From NCBI RefSeq assembly GCF_006345805.1, contig NC_042997.1, forward strand, positions 43,214,001 through 43,278,000: DNA of 64,000 bases. Reading direction: 5' to 3'. This DNA comes from Octopus sinensis (Eukaryota). Of the stretch, positions 27,740 through 42,940 are shown one piece after another. The translations under genes were made by a program, and so were the position numbers. The notes under the pieces were generated by a model, which had not been told where the DNA came from, made no database searches, and saw only the letters and a list, made by a program, of their open reading frames with translations. How positions within the stretch are numbered: position 1 is the stretch's first letter; each line of letters opens with the position of its first letter.

Positions 27740-28170
27740 TAAAAATCTATTGCTCTAGTTTAATTGGTTCAACCATCAGATTTAAAGACGGTACAAAACT
27801 TATAAATGTACAAGCAGCTATCAACAACAGATGGGAAGTGTGTTAAAGACTTGCTAAATCGTAACCGAGCAACCAACGAAATACATCTGGATACCATCGC
27901 ACAAAAGCAAAGTTTGAACAACTCAGTTGTGACACTTGATATTAAAAAAAGAAAAAGCAGGAAACACCTCGTTCCCTGAAAACAAGACACCCAGGTATAA
28001 TGGAATTTTGGTTGAGATACATGAATTTTGGGAGTGTAATACTTAAAACAAAGCTGATTTGTACGCCAGAAGAGGTAACAGTTGACTTCGGAGATACAAC
28101 GGAAGCATTTTGAAAAATACTCGGTAATCTTGCTCGTCAACCACTAATGAAGTTTCTGGCTTAACCGACT

Positions 28171-29705
28171 TGTAGCGTAGACTCGGGTGAAATTCCTCTC
28201 TCCCATCTATCGACGTGCATTCGAACGTAGCAGGGAACAGCTAGCGTTTGGTCGCTATTTGGATCATGCTGTGTCCACTACACTGATTGGTTGGTATTGG
28301 CGCAATTCGTCTCATACACTGTTCTGTCAACTTGCCGCGGATAACCAGTCAGAGGCTCTAAATAGGATCACGTGGGACAGCTTGTTTGCTATCTTGTTTT
28401 AGCCTACAGCTCCTTATAAAAACTCAGCTTTTCATCGTTCCGGTGTCTTTGGTTCCATACCTTGTAAGGTGTAGCCACTGACCAAGAAGACACAGCCAGT
28501 TCTAGCTGCAACACCACTGACTTACCAACTTTGTCTCCAGGATATTCAACAGCATTGCGGCAACCTCCTTCTTCGTCGCCACCATCATGACCTTCTTAAC
28601 GTCGTCGACATCATCTCTCTACGTACACAGCTCAGCAAGCAATTCATCCAGGTTCTAACAGTTCACTGTTCGTGAATTATTTCACCACGGATCAACAGCG
28701 AATACACGTCCTGCAGGAATTCCTGTATAAGTGACCCATGCAGCAGCATCACATCCACCACTTCACGTACGACATGTACCTGTAACTGGCTCAGCATCAT
28801 GGCCGTGACTTCTTGATACAGTGTTTCAGATATCATGTGACTGACTACGAACTGGTATTATTTTTCTAGTGTCTGTGAACTTTTCATTTCGATGGCTATA
28901 GACACTTTCACTGTTTTCTTCTCATTGCCATCCCTAAATGTTAACACGCGCGAACATCTATGCCTACATACACATACATTTTGTTCTCATGACGGCCTGT
29001 CAATTATCTCTCTCTATATAAACGGCAGTTTGTCTGTTTGTGTGTCTGTGTGTCTGTCAGGTTGTACCCTCACCCTGACCACGGCTTTCAACCGATTCTG
29101 AAACTTGACACACACATAGCCCAATGTCCTAATTCAAAACTAACGCAGCGAAAATTTTGAAAAGTTCCCCCAGTTCTTAAATAAATCGATAAATTCGACA
29201 TGGGGTCGAGAATCTAGGCTTTTTATTTGCAACACATTTTCTGTTGTAGTTTTCGCAACTTGCAATCGATTTTCACCAAACTCATGGTGAAGCTTAATAT
29301 TACCCTAAGAAACTTAATTCTGACGTTAGTTTTCCATGCAATACCTTACCATCAGAAAAAATCGATAAAATCATGCCATTTTGGGAAATCGCGTTCAAAT
29401 TCAAGATGACATATTTTCGACAATATCTTTCTCAAATTGGCAGGAATTTTTTAAAAATTCACAGCGAGCATCATGCCTGCTCCAGGGGCTCTTACATACC
29501 CGGGCAATGCCGGGCTATGCTGCTAGTTCTGTATACATGACGCACACACGGACACACGTTATCACACCAATAAATGTTCTCTTTATCATTCTTATGCGGT
29601 TGTGTCTCTTTACATCTGGCATTATTGGTTCTATTCAATTTCTCTTTATTGTAAAGGCTGTGTGGTGTCGTACAAAAGAGGCTTTCTCATCACACGGCCC
29701 TTACA
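28171..29705 (+). mobile_element. Solo LTR (Gypsy-like, ~1 kb without the nested Helitron)
   Basis: TG...CA, TSD GACT 28167-28170/29706-29709, AATAAA ~29569, diverged relative of 34053-35078. Confidence 0.85.
29007..29526 (+). mobile_element. Non-autonomous Helitron nested in the solo LTR
   Basis: A|TC 5' end, CCCGGGCAATGCCGGG hairpin, CTAG|T 3' end, no TSD. Confidence 0.88.
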
Positions 29706-30303
29706 GACTCATCCTACAATCGATGACTTACTTAATCGATTCACAATCTGGTTTCCGATATTTCACTGGCACTCTTGAAATGATCTGTGGTCGTCAGCTG
29801 CAAGAAAAATGCGTCGAACAGCTGTCTTTTAAAGCTCGCCAACACATGATTGTCCTAAAAAAAAATACACCACAGTCGCGCAATTTCTGTATTACAACAT
29901 AAAACCCAAAGTACCTGCCAGTCTTCCACAACGGAACTTCAAGTTAGGAATGGAATAAGACAGGAGCACATTATTGCTTCTACGTTCTTTTCCATCTTCC
30001 CCTTTGCTATCCTTGGATTTAATATGGGCAAGTAACCACCGTCCAGATATCAGACTACACAGGCTGTAAGCTATTTAACCTTGGCAGACTCCGTGCCATA
30101 TGACAAAATACAACTATATCGATAACTGAATTCAGGTATGCAGATGATGCCGGCTTCAAATGAAGAACTACCGGCAATTACCAAAATGTTCACTGACGCA
30201 TAAAAGCATGGGTTTTGCGCTTAGCATCAGAAGAGACTAGCATCAAACACACCCAACCATCAGGAAGATAGTCCAGCAATTTGAGTGCATAGACAAATGG
30301 TAG

Positions 30304-30352
<49 letters not shown>

Positions 30353-31599
30353 TCCTTATTCACCATAAGGTTGAGAAAAAGAGGGGACAATAAGGGGACA
30401 GACAAAACAAACGTTGGGGTCAGGGTATCGAATAAGACGAAACGTATGAATAAACAATTAAAATATATACAATTAAATGAGAATGAGTGATTAACAAAAA
30501 ATGAAGCGGGGGGGGGGCGGTTGACCCCACAAACCACAGACTCACACTGAGAATGGTTGTGGTGGCGGCGGCGGCAGCATCGAGGAGGCGGTGGTAACAA
30601 CGACGACGGCGGTGACGACAAGGACGAGGGGGATGGGGTACATTTATTAAAGATGGGATGCTTCATAATCGACTCTGTTGACCTTTCATGATAAGGCTTA
30701 TCAGCGAACCGATCCCTGACAGAGCGAAGTGGCAGCGTAAAATAAAATTTCCTATCACATAAAATAAAATGAGCACGAGCACCTTATCGCTACAATCATT
30801 TCAATTGTAAACAGTAACTAGAACAATTCTCAAAGAGGATTTCCCCGACAATTGGGGCCGAGGTCACTCGATGGTAATCACTATAATAATGATTGTAATA
30901 CGAATATATTTAGATTCATGACATTTGTTTATGAATCGTCAGCTGTTATCGGAGAAGACCTTTCATAATTTAAGATATTCATTTATCCTTTCTTCCTTTT
31001 AACTGTTAATCATTTTAAAAATTAGTAACGGTAAAAGAAAAATCTGAATGAAGTCGTGTGGCCTACCCATTAGGGAAGTTCAAGTCACGTTCGTAAGATC
31101 GAGGTTTCGAATGGACGGTGTGTTGTGTTAAGTAAAACATTTCGTTTCACGTTGTTCCAAACCGCTCAATTGAAAAGGAACACCAGCATCCGGGTGATAA
31201 TCTTGAAACAGACTGGCATCCTGTTCGGGGGGTGGGGTGAGGCTGATAGTGGTATCATTTATGCACCATGGAAGGTGGGATAAGCTCCGGCTTATTGAAA
31301 CTGTAGGCACGTGACAAACTTTAGACTCTAAGATTTCATGAAAACAATTGAAAACATTTGTCACATAATACTGTGTAACACGATTTTCGTCCTTGAGTGG
31401 CGACAGTTATCTCCTATTTGCTGTCCCCTAGAAAGTATGAAAAATGGCTAATATTTCCTTCATTGCATTTGTTACATTTATTTCAAACCCCAAAGAATCT
31501 TTCTCAACACATGGCTATGATGCTCCCCCACTACTCTTGCTCATGGTCAGAGATGCTCATATCATCGGCTACGAAGGCACATGTTCAAGTGGTTAAGGT

Positions 31600-32733
31600 T
31601 GTAAACGACCGTGCGGAGGGAGAGGTGACGAGAATGGCTCCTTTAGAACATCGCATGGTCGATACAATAAATGCGAGAAGGATAAATGAGTATAAGTGCC
31701 AAAAGGAAAAGAGGAACACAACCGAATAGAATGTTTAAGAGAAGATTTTATTTATATGTTAACATGTGTGTGTATGCGTCACATATACATAATAATAGAC
31801 AGGCCGTCATGTATACAAAGTGTATGTGTGTGCCATAAGTACAGAGCATTGAAAGAGTCTGTAATATGACATTAGAAGAATGTTCAGACACAAGGATGAT
31901 AAATACCAGTTCGTAGTAAAGGTACACGATAATTGAAATACTGTATCAAGAAGTTGAGGCTGCAATGCAGAGACAGTTGAGGCACATATCGTGCGTGAAG
32001 CTGTGGCTACTATGCAGAACCGGTTATTTGGTACAGAAGGTTCTCGCAGGTTGTGTTTGCTGTTAACCATGGTGAAGTAATTCACAAACAGTGTTGAGAT
32101 AGAACCTGTGCGAGAGTTGCTGGTTGCTGTGTACGTAGAGAGATGTTGTTGACGACGTTAAGAAGATGAAAGCGACGATGAAGGAGATTGCCGTATGCTG
32201 TTGGTCAAGTGTTGATGCGTCGCCATGTAGCTGCTGGTGTGTTGTCGCTGGATATGGCTGTGTCCTGTATGGTCAGCGGCTAGACCTAAAAAGCTCTGGA
32301 ACCAACTGACTTCGAGACGGTGTTGAAGCTAGCATCTTATACCATGCTATCGGCTTACCGGATGTTTGGAAGAGACTGTCTCACGTGACTTTGTCAGAAG
32401 GCTGCAATTGGTTGAGTTGGATATTGGCGCTCAATAGAGCAAGAGACAAACTGTGCCAATACCAACCAATCAGAGTAGTGGACACAACAGCCGACGACCG
32501 CTCGGTTCAAAGTCTCTCTTGACCAGAAATGGCCTGAACTCTTTGTATGAACACCCTCCCTGTACATAACTCCATGTCCTCCTACATGGCCTTGATTTTT
32601 GCTTTTTGAGCCAAAAAATTAACTTAACTTAACTTAACTTAACAAAAGAGCGTCCGAAGGCTAGCTGTTATCTACTACGTCCGTATTTGTGTATACATAA
32701 CAGAGAGAGGAATTTCCCTAAGCGTACACTACA
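31600..32733 (-). mobile_element. Solo LTR, same family as 34053-35078, with a ~150-bp insertion (~32490-32643) ending in (AACTT)n
   Basis: TG...CA, flanks AGGT/AGAT (3/4 match), reverse-complement homology to 34053-35078. Confidence 0.82.
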
Positions 32734-34052
32734 AGATCAAGCAATTGATAAGTAAATCTGTGGTATTCAGCAGAATATTTGCTATAACTATATTTCTGGT
32801 TCAGCAACTCAGCGCTAAATGTGCATAAATGATACCACTATCAGCCTCACCCCTCAAGGGGAAAATAGATCAGTTTCAAAACATTGATGTCCAGGACGCA
32901 AAAGCAGAGTTTGGAGGGAATAGTAGTCATTTCTTTTGATTTCTAGCTAAAGGCAAATAGGAAATAACACTTCCTGATCAAAGACTAAAAAAACAAACAA
33001 TTTTGTTACTCAGTGTAATGAGTGAAGTTCCTGCGAGGAAAGAAAAAGGAGTCAAAACGTTGATGCCTTGTGTACAGCTTCTAAAAAGATACAAGCAAAT
33101 GCGCAGTAACTTAGAAAGTTTTGAATTAGTTGGTGTTGTTATAAAAAGATATTGGGATAAATGAACTAAAATAATCAACGAAAATAATGATCTCAGTACT
33201 TGATTGGTCCTTTATTTGGCAAATTTGGTAATATTTCGTTTTAGAGCCAGAACAAATGTCACAAGGCAATTTTTCCGGTTCTCTAATGATTTTGCTTGCT
33301 CGCGACCTCTAGAGTCCTAAATAATCCAGTTTGTAAAATTTTATGTATTGCCATCTGACAGATATTATGGATACTGCATCATAGGGTCCTGTCTTCTATC
33401 CCTTTCCTTAGTTACCTGACATTTTCCATACGCATTACAGTCTGTGCCAGAACATTCTTTTCTTTCTCTAACAACGTGTGTGTGTTCGCGCGCGCGCAAA
33501 CACGTTTGCTTCTGGTAAGCTTAATGGCTCATAGATAGTAGATACGGGCTGTTCCCCCTCCAGAATTTTCGGGGAAAATAACTTACATCTACGATGGGAA
33601 AATAACGTTCAGATGGAAGTCTTACTTAATTGTTTTTGATAATTTTCTTTTCTCTGATGTGCACCTATCACATCTTTTGTCATTCAGTGATACAGTCTGA
33701 AGCTTTTTATTTTAATTGCCAAATGCAGTTGGTTAATTTTGTTGTGTTCTTTTTTATTTTATACGCATAAAAAATGTATATAATCTTAAATTTCCTTTCC
33801 ATATGCCTATATAGCGTTTACGTGCCACTTCTAGATTAGATGTTTTGGACATGAATTTCGCTTCTGTGTCATAAGATTTGACTTGTGTTTATGTAAATGT
33901 ATTCATTCCTCTCCAGTGTTGCACCTTTTAGGAATTTCCTCTTTGCGTCGACTGAATAGAATCGGCTATCTCAAATCACGAGACAAGTTTAACTGAACGA
34001 GAAATTATTATCCAATGTTTTTTTCTTTACTATTTAAAAACAGTTTTTCTCC

Positions 34053-35078
34053 TGTAGCGTACGCTTAGTGAAATTCTCTCTCCCTCTCTATTATACATAA
34101 CATAAATACAGACGTAGCAGATAACAGCTAGCCTTCGGCGCTTGGATCCTTTTGTGTCCACTACTCTGATTGGTTGGTATTGGCGCAGTTTGTCTCTTGC
34201 TCTATTACACGCCAATGTGAGCCCAACCAATCTCAGCCTTCTGATAAGGTCACGTGAGACAGTCTCTTCTGGATCTCCGTTTGCGCCGACTAGTCCCTAT
34301 AAAAAGCTAGTTCAACACCGAGTCGAGGTATTTTGGTTCCAGACCTTCTAAGGTCTAACCACTGACCACAGAGCACACAGTCAGTTCCAGTGGCAGACGA
34401 CACCAGCAGCCACATAGAGAAACATCAACGTTTCGTCCAGCAGTACCAGGATATCCAACCCTGTCGCCTTCACCTTAACGTCGCCCACAACATCTCTTTA
34501 CGTACACAGCAACCATCAACATTCGCTCGGGGTCAATTCCACACTGTTTGTGAATTACTTCACCGTGGTTAACAGCAAATACAACCTGCGAGATCTTCCT
34601 GTATCAAGTTACCGGCAGCGGCATAGTAGCCACAACTTCTTACACGACATGTGCTTCAACCAGTTCTGCTTCTTCGCCACAATTTCTTGTTACAGCACTT
34701 CAACTAGTGTACCTTACTGCGAACTGGTATTTATCATCATTGAATGTGAACATTCTTCTAACGTCCTGTTATAGACTCTTTCAATGCTCTGTATTTTATC
34801 TCACACGCATACACCCTTGTTTGTACACACATACACATTATGTATGCATGACGGCCTGTCTATTGTTCTTATTATATACGTACTTATGGCGAACACACAG
34901 ACACACACGTGTTAACACCTAAATAAATTCTTCTCTTAAACCTTCTATCGGTTCTGTCTTTCTTTTCCTTCTGACACTCATACTCATTTATCCTTTTTGC
35001 TTTTATTGTAAGCGACCGTGCGGTGTATTAAAGAAGCCAGTCATTCGTCACCTCTCCTTTCGCGTGGTCGTTCTTACA
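34053..35078 (+). mobile_element. Solo LTR (Gypsy-like)
   Basis: TGTAGCG...CTTACA, TSD CTCC, CCAAT-like and TATAAAA (34298) motifs, AATAAA at 34922. Confidence 0.88.
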
Positions 35079-35346
35079 CTCCTTACTGTTGGCTATTATC
35101 TGTTTGTATCTATTATCCTTATAAACATGAGAATATATACAAACACCTTCTACAGCACAAATGAGTCAAATTTCCTTTATAAAGCAAAGAAAATAATTCT
35201 GTACATTCTCAAAATACGTTACGCACACTCACTGTTTGTATATGGGAAATAGAGGGAAAATAATATTTTATTCATTATTTCTTTTATCACGGCGTGTATT
35301 CCCTTTAGTTTCATACAACTGTTTCTGAGGCTATGTATGAATGTAT

Positions 35347-35734
35347 GTGGAGGCGCAATGGCCCAGTGGTTAGGGCAGCGGACTCACGGTCGTAGAATCG
35401 CGGTTTCGATTCCCAGACCAGGCGTTGTGAATGTTTATTGAGCGAAAACACCTAAAAAGCTCCACGAGGCTCCGACAGGGATGGTGGTGATCCCTGCTGT
35501 ACTCTTTCACCACAACTTTCTCTCACTCTTACTTCCTGTTTCTGTTGTACCTGTACTTCAAAGGGCCGGCCTTGTCACTCTCTGTGTCACGCTGAATATC
35601 CCCGAGAACTACGTTAAGGGTGCACGTGTCTGTGGAGTGCTCAGCCACTTACACGTTAATTTCACGAGCAGGCTGTTCCGTTGATTCGGATCAACCGGAA
35701 CCCTCGTCGTCGTAACCGACGGAGTGTCTCCACC
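35347..35734 (+). mobile_element. SINE family A
   Basis: TSD ATGAATGTAT 35337-35346/35735-35744. Confidence 0.92.
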
Positions 35735-35862
35735 ATGAATGTATAAAGTCAATTAAAATTCTAACACTTGTCAGAGATGACAAACATATTTTTATCTTTA
35801 TTGGGTGATATGACATTCATAGTTTCTAAAGAGCATCAAATGTGTAAGAAAAATGGATTGAT

Positions 35863-36258
35863 AGGCGCAGGAGTGGCTGTGTGGAAAGTAGCTTGTTTAC
35901 CAACCACATGGTTCCGGGTTCGGTTCCACTGCGTGGCACCTTGGGCAAGTGTCTTCTACTATAGCCTCGGGCCGACCAAAGCCTTGTGAGTGGATTTGGT
36001 AGACGGAAACTGAAAGAAGCCCGTCGTATATATGTATATATATGTGTGCGTGTATGTTTGTGTTTGTCCCCCTAGCATTGCTTGACAACCGATGCTGGTG
36101 TGTTTATGTCCCCGTCACTTAGCGGTTCGGCAAAAGAGACCGATAGAATAAGTACTGGGCTTACAAAGAATAAGTCCCAGGGTCGAGTTGCTCGATTAAA
36201 GGCGGTGCTCCAGCATGGCCGCAGTCAAATGACTGAAACAAGTAAAAGAGTAAAGAGA
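35863..36258 (+). mobile_element. SINE family B
   Basis: Full-length homology. Confidence 0.9.
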
Positions 36259-36519
36259 GAGGAAGGCAAGAACAACCGGGAATAGAAACCACACTACAGC
36301 CCTGGTTACTCAGGAGCTTACTTCTTGCACTACTTCGCTTGAATTCAACAGTTTATTAAACTATTACCGAAGACTAAGCTAGAATCATTTTAGTAGTCAC
36401 TAACTCTCTATTTGCGGTTTTATATTCTTTGAATGTCAAGTGATATAACCTTTTGTTCAGCCCCAGCCCTCAAAAAGAATGCAGGCCATAAAGTGTGTTG
36501 GCATCACATACTATACTCA

Positions 36520-36569
<50 letters not shown>

Positions 36570-37171
36570 AATATCCTTGCCAACAAAAATCAGTCTATCA
36601 TCTAATTCATCGAACATTTTTTTCAGTCGTCAAACTCTCGATAAAGACAAACGGGTTCAGATTCCACTTGAAATTTTGAATTATGTATAAAATTCCAACT
36701 ACTGAATCATATTTCATAGATCACTGGTTTCCATAAGTATATCACATCCATACATCACATGAACTTCTGATTTATTTCTAAATGCAAACGAGCTTCCTGT
36801 TCGTTTTACTGAAACCACTTTTTCCGAATTTCCACCACTACGTTGACACACCTGCAAGAAATAACAGCTGAACTGGCTGCTGAATAGTAATGAATCCATT
36901 ATTATAACGTTCTAATGTTTAACATGTGCTCTTCTATCGACAGTTTTTAGTCTCTCCTTGGAAATGCATTTGTGATTGGATTTTGCTTTTAAAAGGAAAC
37001 CTATTGTGATATATTTACCTATAACCCTTAAGCATAAGGCCTAAAATTTTGATGGGAGGAGCTGGTGTATTACATCGATCCCAGTACCTCGACTGGTACA
37101 TATTTTGGAGTCTTTTCTGTCGCTGCTACAAATTTCGGAACTTTTAAAACTAAGTGGAAAGGTCCCTACTT

Positions 37172-37218
<47 letters not shown>

Positions 37219-37426
37219 GTGAAATAGAAAGATGAATAATCTTGTAGTAGATTAATCAAAAGTTTAACCGATACCTTAGTAGCAAAAATCACAGCAGTAA
37301 ACAGCACGGTTGGAGGTACAACCATCTAGCGTTGCAACCGTGCGTTGGTGCGGATAATTGAAATTAAAACATTATTGGTGAATTGAAGAAATGGAGCTGA
37401 ACGCAGATTGAACAGAAATCGTTTTA

Positions 37427-37517
37427 TTTCATTCTACACGTGTTTCGAAAGGCACAAATTACCAAAATCCGATTGAATAATGGGACCATATTGTGTCTTT
37501 CTCTTCAGGAAGAAAAA
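37427..37517 (-). ncRNA. Type I hammerhead ribozyme (left arm)
   Basis: Reverse complement of the 40778-40868 motif. Confidence 0.75.
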
Positions 37518-37905
37518 AGGAAATCCGTTGGAAAAACAAAAACAGAACAGAGGCGGAGCAAAAACAAATCGAACTATGCTCCTAAGAGCCCATGGCGAAA
37601 CTGTTTATCAGTGTATGTTGAGAACCGGTGGCTGAAGAATTCAACGGGTCAGGCATCGGTCAATCATGTGGGTGAGGGTGTATAGATGTTCTTTGTGACC
37701 GAGAATAAAGTTCTGACTATTTAAGGAATATTGGATGTTTTATAAGGGGCGAGAAAAAATCTACTTAGAGACGTGTGTGTGTGTATACTGTTCTATATAT
37801 GTGTGTGTTGGCGTAGGGGTAGAAAACATTTTTTGTGTACGTGTGTGCGTTTGATCGTTCGGCTGTCAGTGGCTACTGCCGTGATAACCGTTGGGTGGCA
37901 GAAAG

Positions 37906-37951
<46 letters not shown>

Positions 37952-38131
37952 GTTTATGTGTGTGTGTGTTCATCTAAGCCTGCCTTGTCAAGGAAACCCC
38001 CCGCTGTGAAAAAACCAAGCCCCGTTTGTCTTACAGGAGTAATTCCCCTTGCAGTGGTTAATCGTAGATATCTTAAAGGCTATTTCAGAATTGTTACTAA
38101 GGGCTATGGGTGCCGGTATTATTTATAAACG

Positions 38132-39152
38132 CTATTTAAAAGCCAGATAAGTGTAACGCCGCCAATGGGGGCATCGAAAAGCCGACTGTAAGAGCCCGTT
38201 TACCATCCGGCCTCTGGCAAACAAAATATGGAAGAGTTCGGAGACACAAAGGTTGCACTGTCTTCTGCCCCTATCAAATGGGAGGGCCACCGACAAAATT
38301 GACCATTCCAGCCTATAGCTTAAGTTCGTATCCTTCAGTCGCCATATTAGCTTACTGAGTCCCGTGGTCTGGCGCTTGTTCACGTCCCGAAAAGTTGCGT
38401 AATGGTTGGAGACACGCAAAGACAATCTTGAGGATGATGCCCCTACATAAGTGAAGACATCTGAGTCCGTGTAAACCTTGCATTGGTAGACGGCGTTTTT
38501 GATCTTGGAGTTCGCCGACGTGAATCTTAATCTGCTAGGATTAGTTTCTGAAATTAGAACTGCGTTCCTGTCACTATATTCGTTCCGAGACCTGCAGCCG
38601 CTTACTACTCTATTTTCCACAACGTCACTATTAACTATAGGAATAACCCCTGATTCTCCACTATCTATCAGAGTGCTGTCATTGCTACTGCCCGTGGTGC
38701 TGCTATTGCGGGAAATGATGCTGGGGATGCTATTGGGGCTCTCTACCCTACTCCCATTGTTACCGTCAACCACAACACCCCTATTTATAACTATACCCCT
38801 AGTGGGTACTCCCTGGCTGGAGTTGAGATTATGTGTCACTGTACTGGCTCTCATATCATTATTACTACTATAATTATTCCTACTGAGCATTAAACCGGGA
38901 GCGGAAGAGGCTGTGCCTCCGGAAAAAGGTGATAGGGTCTTAGTAAGTAGCCTATTATTATGGGAGGCGATTATCTGGGCGAGGTTTTTAGTGTTGGAGA
39001 AAGCTATCCTAACTTTATGTGAGTTAACCGTGGAGTAATATTTGGAATTTCTGGGGAAGTTATTGGCGATGGCTTGTCTAAACATGAGGGGGAGGTTAGT
39101 TCTAATCTGCTTACCAAAGGGGATTACAAACCATATATGCTTATTCCTATCA
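38132..39152 (-). CDS. PLE ORF C-terminal part (RT thumb/linker + GIY-YIG endonuclease), left arm; lacks the RT core and a real start
   Basis: AVYQCKV...TYVGASS...RVSNH...TGLSKLIWRLK...CNLCVSE...CPH; no internal stops. Confidence 0.8.
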
Positions 39153-39153
39153 G

Positions 39154-40173
39154 TGATAGGAATAAGCATATATGGTTTGTAATCCCCTTGGTAAGCAGAT
39201 TAGAACTAACCTCCCCCTCATGTTTAGACAAGCCATCGCCAATAACTTCCCCAGAAATTCCAAATATTACTCCACGGTTAACTCACATAAAGTTAGGATA
39301 GCTTTCTCCAACACTAAAAACCTCGCCCAGATAATCGCCTCCCATAATAATAGGCTACTTACTAAGACCCTATCACCTTTTTCCGGAGGCACAGCCTCTT
39401 CCGCTCCCGGTTTAATGCTCAGTAGGAATAATTATAGTAGTAATAATGATATGAGAGCCAGTACAGTGACACATAATCTCAGCTCCAGCCAGGGAGTACC
39501 CACTAGGGGTATAGTTATAAATAGGGGTGTTGTGGTTGACGGTAACAATGGGAGTAGGGTAGAGATCCCCAATAGCATCCCCAGCATCATTTCCCGCAAT
39601 AGCAGCACCACGGGCAGTAGCAATGACAGCACTCTGATAGATAGTGGAGAATCAGGGGTTATTCCTATAGTTAATAGTGACGTTGTGGAAAATAGAGTAG
39701 TAAGCGGCTGCAGGTCTCGGAACGAATATAGTGACAGGAACGCAGTTCTAATTTCAGAAACTAATCCTAGCAGATTAAGATTCACGTCGGCGAACTCCAA
39801 GATCAAAAACGCCGTCTACCAATGCAAGGTTTACACGGACTCAGATGTCTTCACTTATGTAGGGGCATCATCCTCAAGATTGTCTTTGCGTGTCTCCAAC
39901 CATTACGCAACTTTTCGGGACGTGAACATGCGCCAGACCACGGGACTCAGTAAGCTAATATGGCGACTGAAGGATACGAACTTAAGCTATAGGCTGGAAT
40001 GGTCAATTTTGTCGGTGGCCCTCCCATTTGATAGGGGCAGAAGACAGTGCAACCTTTGTGTCTCCGAACTCTTCCATATTTTGTTTGCCAGAGGCCGGAT
40101 GGTAAACGGGCTCTTACAGTCGGCTTTTCGATGCCCCCATTGGCGGCGTTACACTTATCTGGCTTTTAAATAG
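39154..40173 (+). CDS. PLE ORF C-terminal part (GIY-YIG), right arm; 1-nt deletion near 39190
   Basis: Mirror copy of the left arm with three amino-acid differences in the shared frame (N/S, S/I, K/M). Confidence 0.8.
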
Positions 40174-40777
40174 CGTTTATAAATAATACCGGCACCCATA
40201 GCCCTTAGTAACAAATTCTGAAATAGCCTTTAAGATATCTACGATTAACCACTGCAAGGGGAATTACTCCTGTAAGACAAACGGGGCTTGGTTTTTTTCA
40301 CAGCGGGGGGTTTCCTTGACAAGGCAGGCTTAGATGAACACACACACACATAAAACATAATATATATATATATATATATATTTTTTTTTCTTTCTGCCAC
40401 CCAACGGTTATCACGGCAGTAGCCACTGACAGCCGAACGATCAAACGCACACACGTACACAAAAAATGTTTTCTACCCCTACGCCAACACACACATATAT
40501 AGAACAGTATACACACACACACGTCTCTAAGTAGATTTTTTCTCGCCCCTTATAAAACATCCAATATTCCTTAAATAGTCAGAACTTTATTCTCGGTCAC
40601 AAAGAACATCTATACACCCTCACCCACATGATTGACCGATGCCTGACCCGTTGAATTCTTCAGCCACCGGTTCTCAACATACACTGATAAACAGTTTCGC
40701 CATGGGCTCTTAGGAGCATAGTTCGATTTGTTTTTGCTCCGCCTCTGTTCTGTTTTTGTTTTTCCAACGGATTTCCT

Positions 40778-40868
40778 TTTTTCTTCCTGAAGAGAAAGAC
40801 ACAATATGGTCCCATTATTCAATCGGATTTTGGTAATTTGTGCCTTTCGAAACACGTGTAGAATGAAA
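40778..40868 (+). ncRNA. Type I hammerhead ribozyme (right arm)
   Basis: CTGAAGA 40787-40793; stem II GAAAGACACAA/TTGTGCCTTTC; GAAA 40849-40852; palindromic stem III ACACGTGT; GTA cleavage triplet ending 40860; stem I TTTCTTC/GAATGAAA; AATAAA 40867-40872. Confidence 0.78.
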
Positions 40869-40920
40869 TAAAACGATTTCTGTTCAATCTGCGTTCAGCT
40901 CCATTTCTTCAATTCACCAA

Positions 40921-42822
<1,902 letters not shown>

Positions 42823-42940
42823 ATATACACACACACACACGCACATATATATATATATGTATATTAATATAAATACATGAAAGTACATGAAGTTTGTTAA
42901 AAAAAAGGGGGATCATGTATATACCTCCTGGCTGTTGAGA

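Larger units (their letters stand above)
27900..30250 (+). mobile_element. Decayed RTE/BovB-like LINE RT, interrupted by a solo LTR
   Basis: DSQSGFR..GTLEMI..RQLQEKCVEQ (~29730-29822) and LFNLGRLR...ITEFRYADDA (~30070-30150); left boundary approximate. Confidence 0.7.

Noticed and set aside
36714-36851. Possible extra host exon (TTCTTGCAG|VCQRSGG..., phase 0)
   Set aside because: Reaches a stop after 45 codons with no clear donor and would break the exon 1-2 motif continuity; an alternative terminal exon cannot be excluded without RNA data.
38499-38873. 124-aa hydrophobic antisense ORF (mirror 39432-39806)
   Set aside because: Shadow of the Ser/Asn-rich PLE linker; non-ATG start and no independent evidence.
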